Positions 61,621 through 64,000 of a DNA stretch of 64,000 nucleotides are shown one piece after another. Both the position numbers and the translations under genes were made by a program. The stretch is from the NCBI GenBank assembly GCA_963755715.1, contig CAVWLW010000072.1, positions 19,675-83,674 of the forward strand, in the 5' to 3' direction. Source of the stretch: an uncultured delta proteobacterium. GTDB taxonomy: Bacteria; Desulfobacterota; Binatia; UBA9968. Numbering within the stretch: position 1 is the stretch's first letter; each line of letters begins with the position of its first letter. The notes under the pieces were generated by a model. It had not been told where the DNA came from, did no database searches, and saw nothing but the letters and a program-made list of their open reading frames with translations.

Positions 61621-62172
61621 GTGGTATCAACGTTCTTACATTCGCCGCCTGAGGTAATCGCGACGAGCCGCCTTGTGCTCCGCCGACCGCGCATGCCCGA
61701 CGCCGATGATATCTTCGACTCGTACGCGGCGGATCCCGAAGTCACACGCTATGTCACATGGCGGCCATATCAGGACAGAAGCGAAGTTGCGCCATTCTTG
61801 CAATCGCAGCTCGCCCGATGGGATTCAGGTGAGGAGTTTTCGTGGGCGATCATAAGACCTCCGGAAGATCGCGTTATCGGAATGATCGCTTGTCGCGTGC
61901 GCGAACACGCGGCCGACATTGGTTATGTCCTCAGCCGCAAGCTCTGGGGTGGTGGCTACATGACTGAAGCAGCCAACGCTGTAGTTGAGTGGGCGATCAA
62001 TCTTAGCTTCGTCTATCGTGTCTGGGCTGTGTGCGATTGCGAGAACAAAGCTTCGGCACGGGTTCTGGAGAAAGTTGGGATGCAACGAGAAGGAATTCTT
62101 AGGCGATACATCGTGCATCCAAATGTCTCGGCTGAGCCGAGAGACTGTTCTGTGTATTCCAAAATTCGTTAA
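61621..62172 (+). CDS. GNAT N-acetyltransferase (RimJ/RimL-like)
   Basis: TSRLVLR, WGGGYMTEA, ENKASARVLEKVGMQREG. Confidence 0.9.
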   Translation: MVSTFLHSPPEVIATSRLVLRRPRMPDADDIFDSYAADPEVTRYVTWRPYQDRSEVAPFLQSQLARWDSGEEFSWAIIRPPEDRVIGMIACRVREHAADIGYVLSRKLWGGGYMTEAANAVVEWAINLSFVYRVWAVCDCENKASARVLEKVGMQREGILRRYIVHPNVSAEPRDCSVYSKIR

Positions 62173-62183
62173 TAAATCGCCGA

Positions 62184-62872
62184 TGAAATTTGAAGCAGCC
62201 ATTTTCGACCTATTCGGCACCTTGGTGGATGACTTCGGATCGTCCGTCGGTCAAATGCAAAGCGAGTTCGCCGCGGCATTGAATATGCCCAGCGAACAAT
62301 TGTTGCAGCATTGGCGGCAGATTTCGGAAATGCGAACGATCGGAGTTTTTCAGACTGTGGAGGCCAGCATCGAATATGTTTGCAACATGATGGGTGTACA
62401 AGTGAGCGTGGAACAAATGATAAAGGCCGTAGAAATCCGGCTCCGGTATACAAAGCGCGCGCTCGAACCGAGGCCGAATGCAATAGCGACACTCATGCAA
62501 CTGAAAAGCGCGGGCTACAAAATCGGCCTGATCAGCAATTGCTCGATCGAAATTCCTATCCTATGGCCGGAGACAGAATTTGCCGACTTAGTTGAAAGTC
62601 CTATCTTCTCCTCGAGAGAACGGCTCAAGAAACCGGACCCGCGTATTTACCATCTCGCGTGCGAGCGCCTCGCCGTGATCCCCGAACACTGCCTCTACAT
62701 CGCCGACGGAGAAAACCACGAGTTAGCCGCGGCTGCCAAAGTCGGCTTACATCCGGTACTGCTTCGAAACTTGTCGCGGGATAACAGTGCCGAATTGCTT
62801 CGAGAAGCCAGAGAATGGCAGGGTTCGACTGTCTGTACGCTACTAGAACTATTAGAACTCGTCGGTGTTTAA
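62184..62872 (+). CDS. HAD family hydrolase
   Basis: AIFDLFGTLVD, LISN, KKPDPRIY; ATG 62184. Confidence 0.85.
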
Positions 62873-63184
62873 AGACCCTACGACCCTGTCAAAGCCGATT
62901 TAACCCAGCCGTTTCACTCGACCGAACCAGGACCAATTTGCCGGGAGTCCACGGTCGGCTACTATGATAGGATCAACAATCTTCTTTGTTGATGCGCATT
63001 TACCATCCGCAAAACACCCTGCCACCGAAACACCTCGGAGTTTTTGGGGGGATTGGCCCGACTGCGGACCGCGTACCATTGCCCTTAGTATCGGTCAGCG
63101 TGGTGTCAACCAAATACGATCCCTATTCGTTATTACTGATACTTGAGGGTCTTAACCTGCTACAACTTCGCGCGTGGTGGAATA

Positions 63185-63715
63185 GTGATAACGTCCCGGA
63201 CAGAACCCGAGTCGTACGAGACCCTCTATGCTGCTCATTCTGCGGAGGTCTTGCGGTTGTGTCGCTTGCTATTGGGAAATCACCACGACGCTGAGGAGGT
63301 TGCGCAGGAAGTGTTTTTGAAGGCGCATCAAAAACAACAAAACATGGAGCCAAGTGAACTCATGTTATGGCGATCATGGCTGATTCGGGTAAGCATCAAC
63401 GCGTGTCGTGATCGGCGGCGGTCCGGTTGGTGGAAGTGGTGGCGTAACCCGGGCGAAGAATATCAGGAAGCCGATTATCAAGACTCCAGCAGCACACCGG
63501 AACAAGCCCTTCTCAGCCGAGAAACGGAGGCATCGATCTGGCGTGCTTTTCAGCAACTGTCGCACCGCCAACAGGAAGTTTTCGCTCTGCGCTACGTCGA
63601 TGAGTGGTCCACCGAAGAGGTAGCGGACATGTTGGGGATAACTACGGGCAGTGTCAAACGATACCTTTTTCGCGCCGTTCATCACCTGCGCCGCACATTA
63701 GGAGATCGTCGATGA
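63185..63715 (+). CDS. ECF RNA polymerase sigma factor
   Basis: DAEEVAQEVFLKA, WLIRV..N..RD, STEEVADMLG...GSVK. Confidence 0.9.
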   Translation: MITSRTEPESYETLYAAHSAEVLRLCRLLLGNHHDAEEVAQEVFLKAHQKQQNMEPSELMLWRSWLIRVSINACRDRRRSGWWKWWRNPGEEYQEADYQDSSSTPEQALLSRETEASIWRAFQQLSHRQQEVFALRYVDEWSTEEVADMLGITTGSVKRYLFRAVHHLRRTLGDRR

Positions 63716-63963
63716 ACCGATGTCTGAAAGATAAAACGCTTCTTCTGCTACAGGGTAAGGAAGGGAACAGCGCGCAGCGCGCTCATCTGACGCAATGCGC
63801 GGCATGCGCTGCACGCTATGAAGACTTGAGGCGTGACTTGATGGCCATCAGCCAGGTACTCCGGGAAAAGCCACCGGCACGGGCGATGGCTCATCACTTC
63901 CACCCGCGCATTATCCGTTGGGCGCCTGCAACCCTGGGGATGGCTTTGGCTAGCAATACGTAA
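63712..63963 (+). CDS. Zinc-binding anti-sigma factor N-terminus (C-terminus uncertain: early stop or frameshift near window edge)
   Basis: ATG overlaps sigma stop; HLTQCAAC (HxxxCxxC), start of hydrophobic segment. Confidence 0.65.
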   Translation: MNRCLKDKTLLLLQGKEGNSAQRAHLTQCAACAARYEDLRRDLMAISQVLREKPPARAMAHHFHPRIIRWAPATLGMALASNT

Positions 63964-64000
63964 CTGAAACGGATAAAGCAGAAGTGAAGAACATGGCAAC

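Overview
GC-rich bacterial chromosomal segment, gene-dense, with no rRNA, tRNA, CRISPR array, integrase or phage genes visible. The many orphan NMT1/THI5(SsuA/TauA)-like solute-binding proteins (SBPs), cupins, amidohydrolases and alpha/beta hydrolases resemble Candidatus Binatia-type genomes (inference only). About 20 otherwise intact genes are split by single-base indels, most likely long-read consensus errors. Main content: (1) accessory genes at 0.2-7 kb, including a GIY-YIG/DUF4357 protein; (2) a cupin-SBP-cupin operon; (3) two paralogous unknown proteins; (4) a peptide/nickel ABC cluster without ATPase; (5) an exported ArgH-like lyase lacking the canonical His; (6) an intact RAYT flanked by inverted GTAG REPs; (7) an SBP-TPP enzyme-M24 peptidase operon; (8) an Rrf2-led sulfate assimilation/siroheme cluster with an unknown gene behind a C-terminally extended sulfite reductase; (9) divergent from it, an array of seven SBP paralogs plus three hydrolases with no permease; (10) an SBP::thiolase deletion scar, Tat-lipoprotein amidohydrolases, DUF885 and S9 peptidase; (11) an accessory tail with BrnTA, orphan LanC-like, GNAT, HAD and ECF sigma/anti-sigma. 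Best candidate for an undescribed system is the permease-less, pocket-diversified SBP array linked to the sulfur cluster. All family calls come from motif recognition by eye, not database searches.
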